Assembly (NCBI GenBank): GCA_965225985.1
Contig: OZ245330.1
Span: 3,098,019-3,162,018, forward strand
Source: a bacterium
GTDB lineage: Bacteria; UBA8248
Length of the DNA stretch: 64,000 nt
Reading direction: 5' to 3'
Below the pieces are notes generated by a model that was not told the DNA's origin, ran no database searches, and saw nothing but the letters and a program-made list of their open reading frames with translations. Shown here piece after piece: positions 40,281-50,595 of this stretch. A program made the translations under genes and the position numbers. Every line of letters begins with the position of its first letter. Positions within the stretch are counted from its first letter, which is position 1.

Positions 40281-40884
40281 GTGAATTCCGGCTCATGCCT
40301 ACCCCCAGCGCGGTTGCTCATCGAGGTTGATGCCGAGAGCCGTCTTGGCCGCGCCTATTCCCTAGCCGGGAGACATTCCGAAGGTCTGTCATTTCTGGAG
40401 CAGGGCGAGAAGGAATCCGAATCCGTCGGAGCGCTCCATTGGCACTCGCTTCATGTCGCTTGGCAGGTAGAAGAGCACCTGCAGGCCGGGCCCGGATGAA
40501 GCCGCCATGCACGCCACTCGCGCGCTTGAGCTCTCCCGCGAGCGCAAAGAGCGTGGGAACGAAGCATGGTCTCTCCGCCTCCTCGGCGAGATTCACTCCC
40601 ACCCCGACGCCCTCGACGCCGAAAAGGCCGAAGACCACTACCGGGGGGCCCTCGCGCTGGCTGAAGAACTCGGCATGCGGCCTCTCCAAGCCCACTGCCG
40701 GAAGGGCCTCGGGGCGCTCTATGGCCGGACGGGCCGGGAGGAGAAGGGCCGAGAGGAGCTCACCGCCGCGATGGACATATACCGCGATATGGAGATGACC
40801 TTCAGGCTGGAGAAGGCGGAGGAGGCGATGGCGGGGGTAGGGGAAATTTCTTGCGGGCCGGGAGACAGGGGCGGGTATTGCTGA
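40281..40884 (+). pseudogene. Fragment paralogous to the C-terminal TPR region of the cyclase-STAND-TPR proteins
   Basis: LSRERKERGNEAWSLRLLGEIHSHPDALDAEKAEDHYRGALALAEELGMRPL aligns to LSRRHKERGHEAWALRLLGEIASRCDPPDAEKAEDHYRQAHPLAEDLGMRPL in the gene at 36689..39822. There are no upstream domains. Confidence 0.5.
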
Positions 40885-40941
40885 TCACATTTTGGGGATA
40901 GAGGAAATGATCCAGAAATGAAAAAGATTTGAAAAAACTAT

Positions 40942-41229
40942 TTACTTTTGCTTTTTCTTCTTTGACGCGGACTTTTTAACTAGGATTGGGAAATGGCCTT
41001 GGGCACATTCTTCGATATTGAGTTGGCGGACCATCTGACGAAGAATACCTACCTCGACCTCAATTTTGCTGAGGCTTTTGCCATGACCACCATTGGGGAG
41101 GTGACGAAAGCTCTTATCGTTGTAATATACCCAGTAGTTATGTGGCTTGAGGCTCATCGTATGCCCTGGGGCACATTCGTTCAGCATATCGACGATCTTA
41201 TCGAGACTTACAGTGCCAAACGAAGACAC
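40942..41229 (-). CDS. Possible HicA-like toxin (weak call)
   Basis: 95-aa basic protein immediately downstream of a HicB-like gene in an AT-rich island. It has a GHxxS...G pattern but no strong motif. Confidence 0.3.
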   Translation of the reverse strand: MSSFGTVSLDKIVDMLNECAPGHTMSLKPHNYWVYYNDKSFRHLPNGGHGKSLSKIEVEVGILRQMVRQLNIEECAQGHFPILVKKSASKKKKQK

Positions 41230-41231
41230 TG

Positions 41232-41693
41232 TCAGGCAGCCAAGGCTTGCTCTTGTTCTTCAATGATGTTCATCTCGGGCGTTGGCTTGGTGATCTCCAA
41301 TACCTCTACTTGGTTTGACCTATCTGCGGGCAGTTTGGGCAACCCTTCCACAGAATGATTGGATTCCCTTACCTCTTCTACTGCGGCCTTCCATTCCCTG
41401 AGAGTTGCTTCGCACTCGTCACAGAAGAAGGATTCCACCTCTCGGCTGAATTCGCTAAAATCCTCCGAACCATAGGCGATATCATAGAGAACCGAAATAA
41501 AAGCTTTTTTGAAGTTTAGATACGCTTCTCCCCCTGTTTTTCCGCCCGCCGAAAGACCTCCGGGGGTAACACCATAAATCCAGGTTCCGGCTTCTTCTTT
41601 AACGGCCAAAACTCGGCCCATAGCAGTGATGTCAGCCACAAAGCCCTTCCCAGAAACCTTTTCCCTAATAGTGAATAGGAGTGGCAGGTTCAT
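41232..41693 (-). CDS. HicB-like (UPF0150, RNase-H-like fold) antitoxin-type protein
   Basis: The N-terminus LPLLFTIREKVSGKGFVADITAMGRVLAVKEEAGTWIYGVTPGGLSAGGKTGGEAYLNFKKA fits the HicB pattern. AT-rich. Confidence 0.45.
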   Translation of the reverse strand: MNLPLLFTIREKVSGKGFVADITAMGRVLAVKEEAGTWIYGVTPGGLSAGGKTGGEAYLNFKKAFISVLYDIAYGSEDFSEFSREVESFFCDECEATLREWKAAVEEVRESNHSVEGLPKLPADRSNQVEVLEITKPTPEMNIIEEQEQALAA

Positions 41694-42009
41694 GGAATCC
41701 CTCCAGTTGGAATAATGCGTCCGATCGCAATTAAACGCACAAAACCCTAACAAAACCCTATAGGTACCTATCGGCACCAAAGCGGGAGTTAATAACACAA
41801 TGGCAAGTTCTCATCAATCGCTGAACTACACCATAAGCGGCCAAGGCTTTCAACAGTAAGTGAACCCCTCTCAGTATAATTTAACCCAAATGAGACAAAA
41901 AGCGACCATTATTTTCATTAAAATGTCCAATTTCACACACATTGTTTGAGCACATTGCATGCCAATTCATCTTGTTTCTGGTTGATATTTGTGGAATTTC
42001 TAAATGGGA

Positions 42010-42120
42010 CACCACCCAACTCCGCGCAAACGCCCGGCACGGCCCCGCTACCGGGGAGCCTGGCCCAGACTTGGCGAAAGCCAACTACCGGAAATTCGGG
42101 GGGGTTCGGGCGCGGGGGAA
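42010..42120 (+). repeat. Partial copy L4 of the dispersed repeat
   Basis: Core at 42079-42101 preceded by GGCCCCGCTACCGGGGAGCCTGGCCCAGACTTGG. Confidence 0.7.
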
Positions 42121-42236
42121 ATTTCTTGCGGGCCGGGAGACAGGGGCGGGTTTCATGCCCGCCGCCGCGGTTTCCGTGAATCACCCGGGCGGGGGGGGAG
42201 TTTTTTGCGGGGCGGGCGGCGCCCCCGGGCCGGCGG

Positions 42237-42689
42237 TCACGCCAGGGGTGTGGGAGCGCCCGCCGATTTGGTCTCTTCGAGGGCCTCGCCGATCGCGCCG
42301 GCGAGGTCCTTAAGTTCAAAGGGTTTTTGGAGGAATGCCGGGACGCCGAGGGCGGCGAGCGCCGCGCGGACATCGCCCCGGCCGGTGCCCGACATGGCGG
42401 CGCAGGGCGTCGGCCCGAGATCGGCGTGCCCCCGGATCCAGCGCAGGAGGGTGAGGCCGTCCATCCCGGGCATCCGCAGGTCGGTCAGGACGAGGCCGAA
42501 GGGCTCCTCCCGCGCCAGCCCCTCCTCCAGGTGGGTGAGGGCAGAAAAGCCTTCCCCGGCGAGGGTGACATGGCGGTGGCCGAGGGCGCGAAGGGCCTCG
42601 CCGAGGAATTCGCGCGTATCGGGGTCGTCATCCACCACGAGGATGCGGCGGCCGTTTTCTTCCTCATCTCCGGGAATCGGGGAATCCAT
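42237..42689 (-). CDS. Single-domain response-regulator receiver (CheY-like)
   Basis: RILVVDDDPDTREFL...LVLTDLRMPGMDGL.... A paralog of 35755..36180. Confidence 0.7.
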   Translation of the reverse strand: MDSPIPGDEEENGRRILVVDDDPDTREFLGEALRALGHRHVTLAGEGFSALTHLEEGLAREEPFGLVLTDLRMPGMDGLTLLRWIRGHADLGPTPCAAMSGTGRGDVRAALAALGVPAFLQKPFELKDLAGAIGEALEETKSAGAPTPLA

Positions 42690-42928
42690 TTTCTCCACTC
42701 TCCTTGCGTTTGCCGTGAGCGCGAATCTTTCTTCCTGCACACCACCCAAGATGTTGCAAGATGCGGTCCGCCGGGCGGGGGGAAAGTGAGCCGCGACACG
42801 CGGGGGGTGTGAGGGCGATCACAGGAAGGCCGGTTTTCAGGCGGTATTCGGCGAACCGGAGAAAAAGCGCGCGGGCGCGGAATGGGGCGCGCCAAATAAA
42901 CGGCGGGCCGCTGGGAAAAAAGGGGTCC

Positions 42929-44716
42929 CTACCGCCGCCACCTGCGCGTCCGGCGGCGGGCGTAGCTCGCCGGGTCCGCCCCCCAGTCGGGGGCCGAGCC
43001 GCCCTCGGTGTACCCCCCGGCGGGCGCGGTGAGGATCCCCTCGGCGCGGGCGAGCTCCTCGGCGAGCTTGGCGTAGGCGAAGGCGAAGTGATTCTCGTTG
43101 CGCTCGAAGCGCGCGCCCCCCTCCCCCTCCCCCTCCCCGCGGCCGCACCCTGAGGTTCATGAGGTGGGCGTCCACCTCGGCGAGGAGGGCTTCCTCGGCC
43201 GCGTCCCGGGGGGCGGGAAGGCGGACCGCGCCGGGCCCCCGTGGAACTCCTCCACAATCCGCTCGAGCAGCTCCTCGCGGTTCAGGCGCACATGGCCGCG
43301 CTCGACCCCGAGGAAGGCGACGCGCTTGACGGCCATCTCGCCCGGGGTGTGCCGCCAGATGAAGCAGCCCTCCGGGAGGAGGTCGTGCATCTCGCGGGCG
43401 GTCTGGGTGAAGGGCCCCCCGTCGATGACGGCGGCCTCGACCCCGAGCCGCCCGAAGAGGTCGGCGCAGCGCGCGGCGAGCCGGTCGATGGGGGGGCCTC
43501 GAAATAGACCCAGCGGACGGGGCCCTGGCCGGAGACCCGCTCGCGCACCGCGAGGGCGCAGCGCTCCCCGGTGTCGATGCCGCAAAAGCGGGGGGCGGTC
43601 ACGGCCCGGCCCCCCCGGCTTCGGCATCTTCCATGAAGAAGGGCTCCGCCCCGCGCAGCCGCCCCAGGAGGTCCGCCCCGATGGACTGGAGGTCGCCCGC
43701 CTCGGGAAGGGCGAGGCTCGAGCAGCGGAACCGCGCACGCTCGCGCGGGCTCGCCGCCGCGCGCCACTTCTCCGCGATCCGCCCGAGGCGGACGGCCCCG
43801 ACCGCGAGCTGGGAGATGCGGTAGCTCCGGTGGCCGGGGGCGGCGGCCTCCGCGTTCTGGGCGGCCCACCGCCCCGCCCCCCGCGCGAGGGCGCCGCCGC
43901 AGGCGGGGCAGGCGAGGGCGCCGGCCGCCGCCTCCCGCATCACCCGGGGCCAGCCCTCCTCCAGGACGGTCTCCTCCCCGCATCCGGGGCAGGGAACGCG
44001 CCAGACCCGCTGGTCCCCGCGCAGGTACATCGCGTGAATTCCCGCCCCGGGCGTCCGCCCCATGGCGAGGTTCACCGTGAGGGCGAGCCCCGAGGCGTCG
44101 AGCCGGTCGTTCGACCACTTCAGGTTTCGGGGGGGATGTCGTCCACCTCGTCCCGGATGAGGACGTCCATCGGCATCGAGATGGCGTTGCCGACATCGCG
44201 CAGGCCCAGGATGTAGAGGAAGCGCGAGCCGCCCCGCCCCGGGAACTCCTTCAGCCCCTTGGGGGAGACCCCCTTGTAGCGGCCGTCCCGCATGGCCCGG
44301 GCGAGGCGGCCGCGCAGGGCGGGCTTCACCCGGGTGTCGTCGAAGCGGTCCGCGAAATTCTGGTCCGGGAGGAAATAGCCCACGTTCAGCCGCAGGCGCG
44401 CCGCACAGTAGATCGCGAGGCCCACCGCGATCGTGGTCATCCCGATCTGGGTCCCCTTGAGGAGGGTCAGCGTCCGGCCCGGCAGGCCGAGGCGGAGCAC
44501 CTTTTCCAGATGGGCCGTCGCCTCGCGGAGGGCCTCCCGCCCGGCGAAGCCGAACCGCCCGGCGTCGGTGCGGATCTCCCGCTCCAAAAAGGCGGGGAAG
44601 GAGAGCCGCCCCGCCCCGAAGACCGGCCTCCCCCCCGCGAGGGAATCGAACACTTCTTCTCCGGTTTTCTTTTGCTGGAAATGAAACGATTTTTCCCCGA
44701 TCCGATCCAAGGCCAC
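42929..44716 (-). CDS. Phage terminase large subunit (GpA-like), with several apparent homopolymer frameshifts
   Basis: N-terminal ATPase segment with 'LKGTQIGMTT'. Later segments in other frames include a zinc ribbon 'CPGCGEE...CPACGG' and ...FERNENHFAFAYAKLAEEL...*. Frame breaks coincide with G/C runs near 44130, 43605 and 43495. Confidence 0.5.
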
Positions 44717-44777
44717 CCTCCCCGGGGAGGCACTTCGCGCCGCTCCCCGGGAGGGAGTCTAGGGCCGGGGCCCCGGA

Positions 44778-44800
44778 AGCCAACGACCGGAAATTCGCGC
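44778..44800 (+). repeat. Dispersed-repeat core, diverged variant (AGCCAACGACCGGAAATTCGCGC)
   Basis: 62 nt upstream of the terminase start on the minus strand. Confidence 0.6.
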
Positions 44801-45206
44801 ATTTTCGGGTAGTGGGTCAATTTGAATTTTTTAGGGGTAGGGTGCGAAAAAGGTTCTTCATTTGAATTTCAATATACACAATAAGAAATGCCCCCTCGGA
44901 CCCGATCCGAAAAGGGCATTTCCCCATTAGTGGTTCAAAAGCAACACTTACATATTCAAGTTTGGTAATTCAAGAAAAATATTGATCAGGGTTTTCCCTT
45001 CTAATTTAACCATTTTCGCGAATATCTATCCCTGGCGGGTCCATGCATCAAGCAAATAGTCCTGATTCGACTAAGGGCGGCTATCGTCTTTCAAAAGGTC
45101 AAAGGGTGAATATGGGTTGAAATCCATTCTTGCATGTCGTATATTTAGGTTAATCTAAAAATAAATTTAGTTTAACAAAAATTATGCGCGAGCAGGAGGC
45201 CAAACA

Positions 45207-45684
45207 ATGACGAAAATAATGTTTCGAGTTCCAGCGTTGGCGATTGTTTTTTGGGGGGGGTCTCTTGGCCGGGTGGGTGTCTTTGGCCGGGGCGGCCGAG
45301 AGGGTCATCTACATGCAGGCCATGGAGCCCAAAGGAACAACCTCTGCGAGCAAAGAGCCGTTTCCGGGCAAGACCCTTCCCAAGGGAGGTGGCTACATCA
45401 TCAAGCCGCCGAGCAAAGCGGGCAAGTGGCAAGTGTCGACCTACATCTTTAACCCCACCCAAGTCATTGTGAACAAGGGTGAAAAGGTGACGCTCAAGAT
45501 TCTTGGCATCAACGGCTCAAAACACACCGTGTCCATCGAGAGGTATGCGAAAAAGCCGTTTTCGATCAAACGTGGAAAGTTGACGGAGGTTTCCTTCGTC
45601 GCGGACAAGGCAGGCGTCTTCAGGATCGTCTGTTCCGAGCATCCACCAAGTATGACGGGCGAGATCATTGTCTTGGCCAACTAA
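45207..45684 (+). CDS. Small blue-copper (cupredoxin) protein with a signal peptide; frameshift in a T6G8 run
   Basis: MTKIMFRVPALAIVFWGG, then a shift to ...LLAGWVSLAGAAE.... Type-1 copper ligand pattern H...CSEHPPSM near the C-terminus. Confidence 0.6.
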
Positions 45685-45845
45685 GGCCAAATAATCAAAT
45701 TAGGACACTACCCAACTTCGCGGCCCCCCCGGCATGGGGAGACCCTCCCCCGGCATGGGGAGACCCGCCCCATTCGCCGGGACAGTCAATGAAACCGGGA
45801 TGTTCCGGATTCTTCAGCCGGCAAGAGCCCGCCCGCGGGCCGCCC

Positions 45846-47009
45846 CTATCGCAGAGAGGAGGCGGACTCGAGCTTCTTGAGGGCGTCCTTGGCTTCCTGG
45901 AAGTCGGGGTTCAGCACGATGGCCCGGCGCAGGGTCGAGGTCGCCTGGTAGGCGTCGCCGCTCCCGAAGAGGGCGAGGGCCATGTTGTAGTAGAGGACCG
46001 CATCGTTCGGCGCGACGGAGAGGGCCTGGCGGTAGTTCTGGATGGCCTCATTGTATTTCTTTTGCTGGCGGAAGGCGATTCCGAGCCGGTTGTAGTAGTG
46101 GATGTTGTCGGGATTGGCCTCGAGCGCGGCCGCGAATTCCGTCTCGGCGATGTCGGCGCGGCCGTTTTCGAGGAAAAACTCGGCGACGGCTGCGCCCCGG
46201 TCGCCCTCGTCTGGGTTCAGGGAAACGGCGGCCTCGATCGCCTCGCGCGCCTCCTCCACGTTTCCCTTCGAGATGTGCGCCTTGGCCAGCCGCGTCTGGC
46301 GATCGGGGTTGCGGGGGCTGAGGAGGGTCGCGCGCTTGATCGCCGCGAGCGCCGCGTCCGTCTTGCCCTCCTTTTGGAGCATGTCCCCGATGCGGTCGTA
46401 GGCCTTGGTGTAATTCTCGTCCACCTTCACCGCCTCCTGGTAGCAGGACTTCGCCTTGCGGCCCTCGCCCATGACCTCGTAGAGCTCGCCCGTCTTCGTC
46501 CAGACGCGGGGCGACTTGGGGTCGATCTCCTGGGCGGCGCTGATCTCTTCAACGGCCTCGTCGGGGACGCCGATGTCCAGGAAGGCGCCGCCCCGGGCGA
46601 GCCGGACGACGGTTTCCGCCGAGTACTCCCGCCGGAGGAGGACGGCGTTGATCATGTCCTCGACATTCTTCTGGGAAAGCGGGGTGATCAGCTGGCCGTC
46701 GGCTTCGAATTCGGCCGCATGGGCGATCTGATCCTCGTCGAGGCCGTCGCTTGTCAGCAGAAACGGCACGTTCTCGGTGACGGAGTTCTCCCGGACGAAG
46801 CGGAGGAGCTTTATGCCGTTTCTCTCGGGGGCCTCCCAGTTGCACAGGATGACGTCCACGCGGGTCTTGAGGAGGCTTTCCATCGCGTCGTTTTCGGTGA
46901 CGATATCGCGCAGGACCTCGAACCCCGACCGGTGCAGCATCTTCAAGAGCACGCTGCGGAACTGGCCCATCTCTTCGATAACGATGACCTGAAGCTTATC
47001 GTCAGCCAA
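45846..47009 (-). CDS. Response-regulator receiver domain fused to TPR repeats
   Basis: The N-terminus (VIVIEEMGQFRSVL...DVILCNWEAP) is receiver-like. The C-terminus has at least six TPR-like repeats. Divergent from the cyclase gene at 47421. Confidence 0.78.
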   Translation of the reverse strand: MADDKLQVIVIEEMGQFRSVLLKMLHRSGFEVLRDIVTENDAMESLLKTRVDVILCNWEAPERNGIKLLRFVRENSVTENVPFLLTSDGLDEDQIAHAAEFEADGQLITPLSQKNVEDMINAVLLRREYSAETVVRLARGGAFLDIGVPDEAVEEISAAQEIDPKSPRVWTKTGELYEVMGEGRKAKSCYQEAVKVDENYTKAYDRIGDMLQKEGKTDAALAAIKRATLLSPRNPDRQTRLAKAHISKGNVEEAREAIEAAVSLNPDEGDRGAAVAEFFLENGRADIAETEFAAALEANPDNIHYYNRLGIAFRQQKKYNEAIQNYRQALSVAPNDAVLYYNMALALFGSGDAYQATSTLRRAIVLNPDFQEAKDALKKLESASSLR

Positions 47010-47420
47010 CGCCGTGACCTCCGGGCGGGGGGGCGGATGATACCGGGCTTCCCGTCCCGCCGCGGGCCTCTGGGGAAACGCCGGGCGCGGCCCCTTGCAG
47101 GGCGGCGCCGGGCCCGCGCCCGAACCGCATGAATCGCCGGGCGGTTTTCAAAACTCCGTATAAAGAATGAATATACCTAAAAAATAACACAATTATGCGC
47201 GGGAAAGTTCTACCGATTTAAACTTTTGGCATCTCTTTGCCGGGAAGGCGTTTCCCCGGGTTCGATTCAGAGGAAAAAGCATGGCAGAATTGGATTTTGG
47301 TATAATCGCCGGACGATAGGGCGAGCCGGGGATTTGTGAGATTTCCGGGAAACGGGCGTCCCAAGGCCTTTCGCGCGGCGCCGGGCCGGGGGGCGGCCCG
47401 TTCCCGAGGGGAAGCGCGCC

Positions 47421-49763
47421 GTGCAATGTCCCGCCTGCCAGCATGAAAACCGGGATCGAGCGCACTTTTGCGATCAGTGCGGCGCCAGGTTAGAGCGATC
47501 CTGCCCCCACTGCGGAAACGCCGCCCGGCCGGGCGCCGCCTTTTGCGACCAATGCGGAGGGGCTCTCGAATCCCCCGCCCCCGCCGCTTCCCCTCCCCCG
47601 GGCCTGGAGGCGCGGGCGGAAGCCTTCGCCAGCCGGATCCCCAGCTACACCCCCGCGCACCTGGTCAAAAAAGTGCTGACCTCCCGGGGCGCCATCGAGG
47701 GAGAGCGCAAGCAGGTGACCGTCCTCTTCGCGGACGTTTGCGGCTTCACCGGGCTCTCGGAGCAGCTGGACCCGGAAGAGGTCCACGGCCTCATGGACCG
47801 CTGCTTCGAGATCCTGATGCGCGAGATCCACCGCTTCGAGGGGACCATCAACCAGTTCACCGGGGACGGGGTGATGGCCCTCTTCGGCGCGCCCGTCGCC
47901 CACGAGGACGCGCCCCAGCGCGCCATCCGGGCGGCCCTGGGCATCCAGGGGGCGCTCCGCCAGGAGGCGCTCCGCGAACAAGGCGCGGATTTCCCGGGCG
48001 GGGAGGGCGCGGCGTTTCAGATGCGCATCGGCATCGACACGGGCACCGTGGTGGTCGGCAAGATCGGCGACGACCTGCGGATGGACTACACCGCCGCGGG
48101 GGACACCACGAACCTGGCCGCCCGCCTCCAGGCCGCCGCCGAGCCCGGCACCGTGCTGGTCAGCGAGAACACCCACCGCCTGACGAAGGATTTTTTCGAG
48201 TTCTCCCACGCCGGGCCGATCGAGGTGAAAGGGAAGAAAACCCCGGTGGCCGTCTACGGCGCGATCCGGCCCAAGGCGGTGCGCTCGCGCATGGAGGCGG
48301 CCGCGCGGCGCGGGCTCACCCCCCTGGTGGCCCGGGACGCGGAGATCGGCCACCTCATGACCGCCTTCGCCAAGGTCAAGGAGGGCCACGGCCAGATCGT
48401 CTCGCTGGTGGGCGAGGCCGGGGTCGGCAAGTCCCGCCTGGCGCACGAGTTCAAGAAGCGCCTCCGCGGCGAGGACATCACCCTCTTCGAGGCCTACTGC
48501 CCCTCCTACGGCCATGCCACCCCCTACCTGCCCGTCGCCCAGATCATAAAAGGCTACTGCGGCATCACGGACGCCGACAACGAGGTCAAGATCCGGGAGA
48601 AGGTGACATCGGCCTGAAGCCGGTGGGTCTCGTGGGGTCACCACGAGGGGCTGGACATCACAAAAAGGCTCGAATACGTCATCGCCTATCTCAGCAACAT
48701 CATCTCCATCCGGGTGAAGGACGATCTGCTGCAGGGCATCAGCCTGGAGGATCGCAAGCGGGAGAGCTTCGACGGGCTGAAGGCCATGTTCGTGGGCGAG
48801 AGCCAGGAGAAGCCCGTCGTGGTCATCCTGGAGGACATCCACTGGATCGACAAGATCTCCGAGGAGTCCTTCGACTACCTGAGCGCGAGCGTTCCCAAGA
48901 ACCGGCTCCTCGTCCTGGCGCTCCACCGCCCGGAATACCGGTGTCCCTGGGGGACGAGCTCGAGCTACCTTCGGATTCCCGTCGAGCCGCTCTCCCCCGC
49001 CGAGAGCGACGAGATGATCCACCGCGTGCTGGAGGTCCCGGAGGTGGGCCGGGAGGTGAAGGAGCTCGTCCAGGCCAAGAGCGAGGGAAACCCCTTCTTC
49101 CTGGAGGAGCTCATCCTGGAGCTGCGGGAAGCCGGGTGGATCCGGACGGAGAAAAACGCCTGCCGCATGGTGGGCGCCGGGGCGAAGGCGCAGGTGCCCG
49201 CCACCGTCCAGGACGTCATCATGGCCCGCATCGACCGGCTGGCGGATCCCCTGAAGCACACCCTCCAGCTGGCCGCCGTGATCGGCCGCGAGTTCCCCTT
49301 CGCCGTCCTGGAGAAGATCGCCGATCCGGCCCACCAGCTGGAGCCCTCGCTCCAGTCCCTCCAGCATTCGGAGTTGATTACGGAAAAGAACCTCTTCCCG
49401 GAGCTGGAGTACATGTTCAAGAACGTCCTCACCCAGAACGTGGCCTACAACAGCCTGCTCGTTCAGCGCCGCCGCGAGCTCCACACCCGGATCGCCGCCG
49501 CCATCGAGGAGCTCAAGCGGGACAGCCTGGAGGAGCACTTCGAGGTTCTGGCCCACCACTACAAGAGCGGCAACCAGCCCGGGAAAGCCTTCGAATTCCT
49601 GGCCCGCGCGGGAGAGAAGGCGATGGAACTGCACTCGGTGGAGGTGGCCGAGAGCTACTACAACGACGCCATCGCCATCGCCGCCGAGCTGGACCCTTCA
49701 GACGCGGCGAGGGAGAAGGGGCGCGAGCTGAAGTCGAGGCTGCGGGAAATCGGCACGTACTAA
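47421..49763 (+). pseudogene. Second zinc-ribbon/adenylate-cyclase/STAND/TPR paralog, interrupted by one in-frame TGA (48615-48617); otherwise a single frame
   Basis: ORFs 47421..48617 and 48714..49763 share a frame. Cyclase blocks (VTVLFADVCGFTGL, GDGVMALFGAP), Walker A GEAGVGKSRL and TPR repeats are present. The sequence reads KVTSA[TGA]SRWVSWG.... An extended -10 promoter (TGGTATAAT) lies at about 47303. Confidence 0.7.
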
Positions 49764-49786
49764 TCCAATTTTTGAAAGGGCGCGCG

Positions 49787-50572
49787 ATGAGCGAAAAAGT
49801 CTCCATACCGGCAGTGAACGTTTCGGGCCTCCGGGAAGCGGCCCGGCAGGAGTACGCCGAGGTGGCGGGCGACCCCCACAAGGGGTTCCACTTCCACACC
49901 GGAAGAGTGCTGGCGGCAATTCTCGAATATCCAGAAACCTGGCTGGAGAGCCTCCCCGAGAGCGCCGTCGAGTCGCTGGCGGGCACCGGCAACCCATTCT
50001 CCCTGGGCGGGATCCGGGCCGGCGAGCGCGTCGTGGACGTCGGCTGCGGGGCAGGCTTCGACAGCTTCCTCGCCGCGGGCTTCACCGGGCCCTCCGGCCG
50101 CGTCATCGGGGTGGAAATGACGCGGGAGATGCTCCAAAAGGCCCGCGGCGGCGGCGCCGGGAGCGGTCTCGCCCACCTGGAATTCAAAGAGGGCTTCGCT
50201 GAGGAGCTGCCCGTCCCGGACGGGTGGGCCGACGCCGTCATCTCCAACGGCGTGCTCAACCTCTGCCCGGACAAGCACCGGGTGTTCGGGGAGCTGCACC
50301 GCGTGCTCAAGCCGGGGGGGCGGATCCAGATCGCCGACATCCTGGTGCAAAAGCCCGTTCCCGAGGAGGCGAAAGAAGACATCGATCTTTGGACGGGGTG
50401 AATCGCGGGGGCTCTGCTGGAGGCAGAGCTGGAATCGGTCGTCACCCAGGCCGGATTCGAGGGTTTCGAGATCACCTGGCGGAAGGATGTCTTCGCCGGG
50501 GCGCCGCAGGACTCCAGCGCCGCCGCCTTCGGCACCCTGGGCATCAACTACCGCGCCCGCAAGCCCGCCTAG
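49787..50572 (+). CDS. ArsM-like SAM-dependent methyltransferase with an in-frame TGA (50399-50401) at a conserved Cys position; candidate selenoprotein or disrupted gene
   Basis: Methyltransferase motifs (VVDVGCGAGFD, VISNGVLNLCPDK). Reads ...DIDLWTG[TGA]IAGALLEAELESVVTQAGFEGFEITWRK..., where family members have 'GCIAGA'. A hairpin GCTCTGC-TGGAG-GCAGAGC starts 9 nt after the TGA. Confidence 0.65.
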
Positions 50573-50595
50573 ACCGAAGGGTGGGGGCGCAAAAC

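Noticed and set aside
48615-50401. Alternative genetic code (TGA as Trp or Gly) to explain the in-frame TGA codons
   Set aside because: TGA clearly functions as the stop codon, including in the 4-nt ATGA/GTGA coupling overlaps of the F420 operon. TAG in-frame stops also occur, which no single recoding explains.
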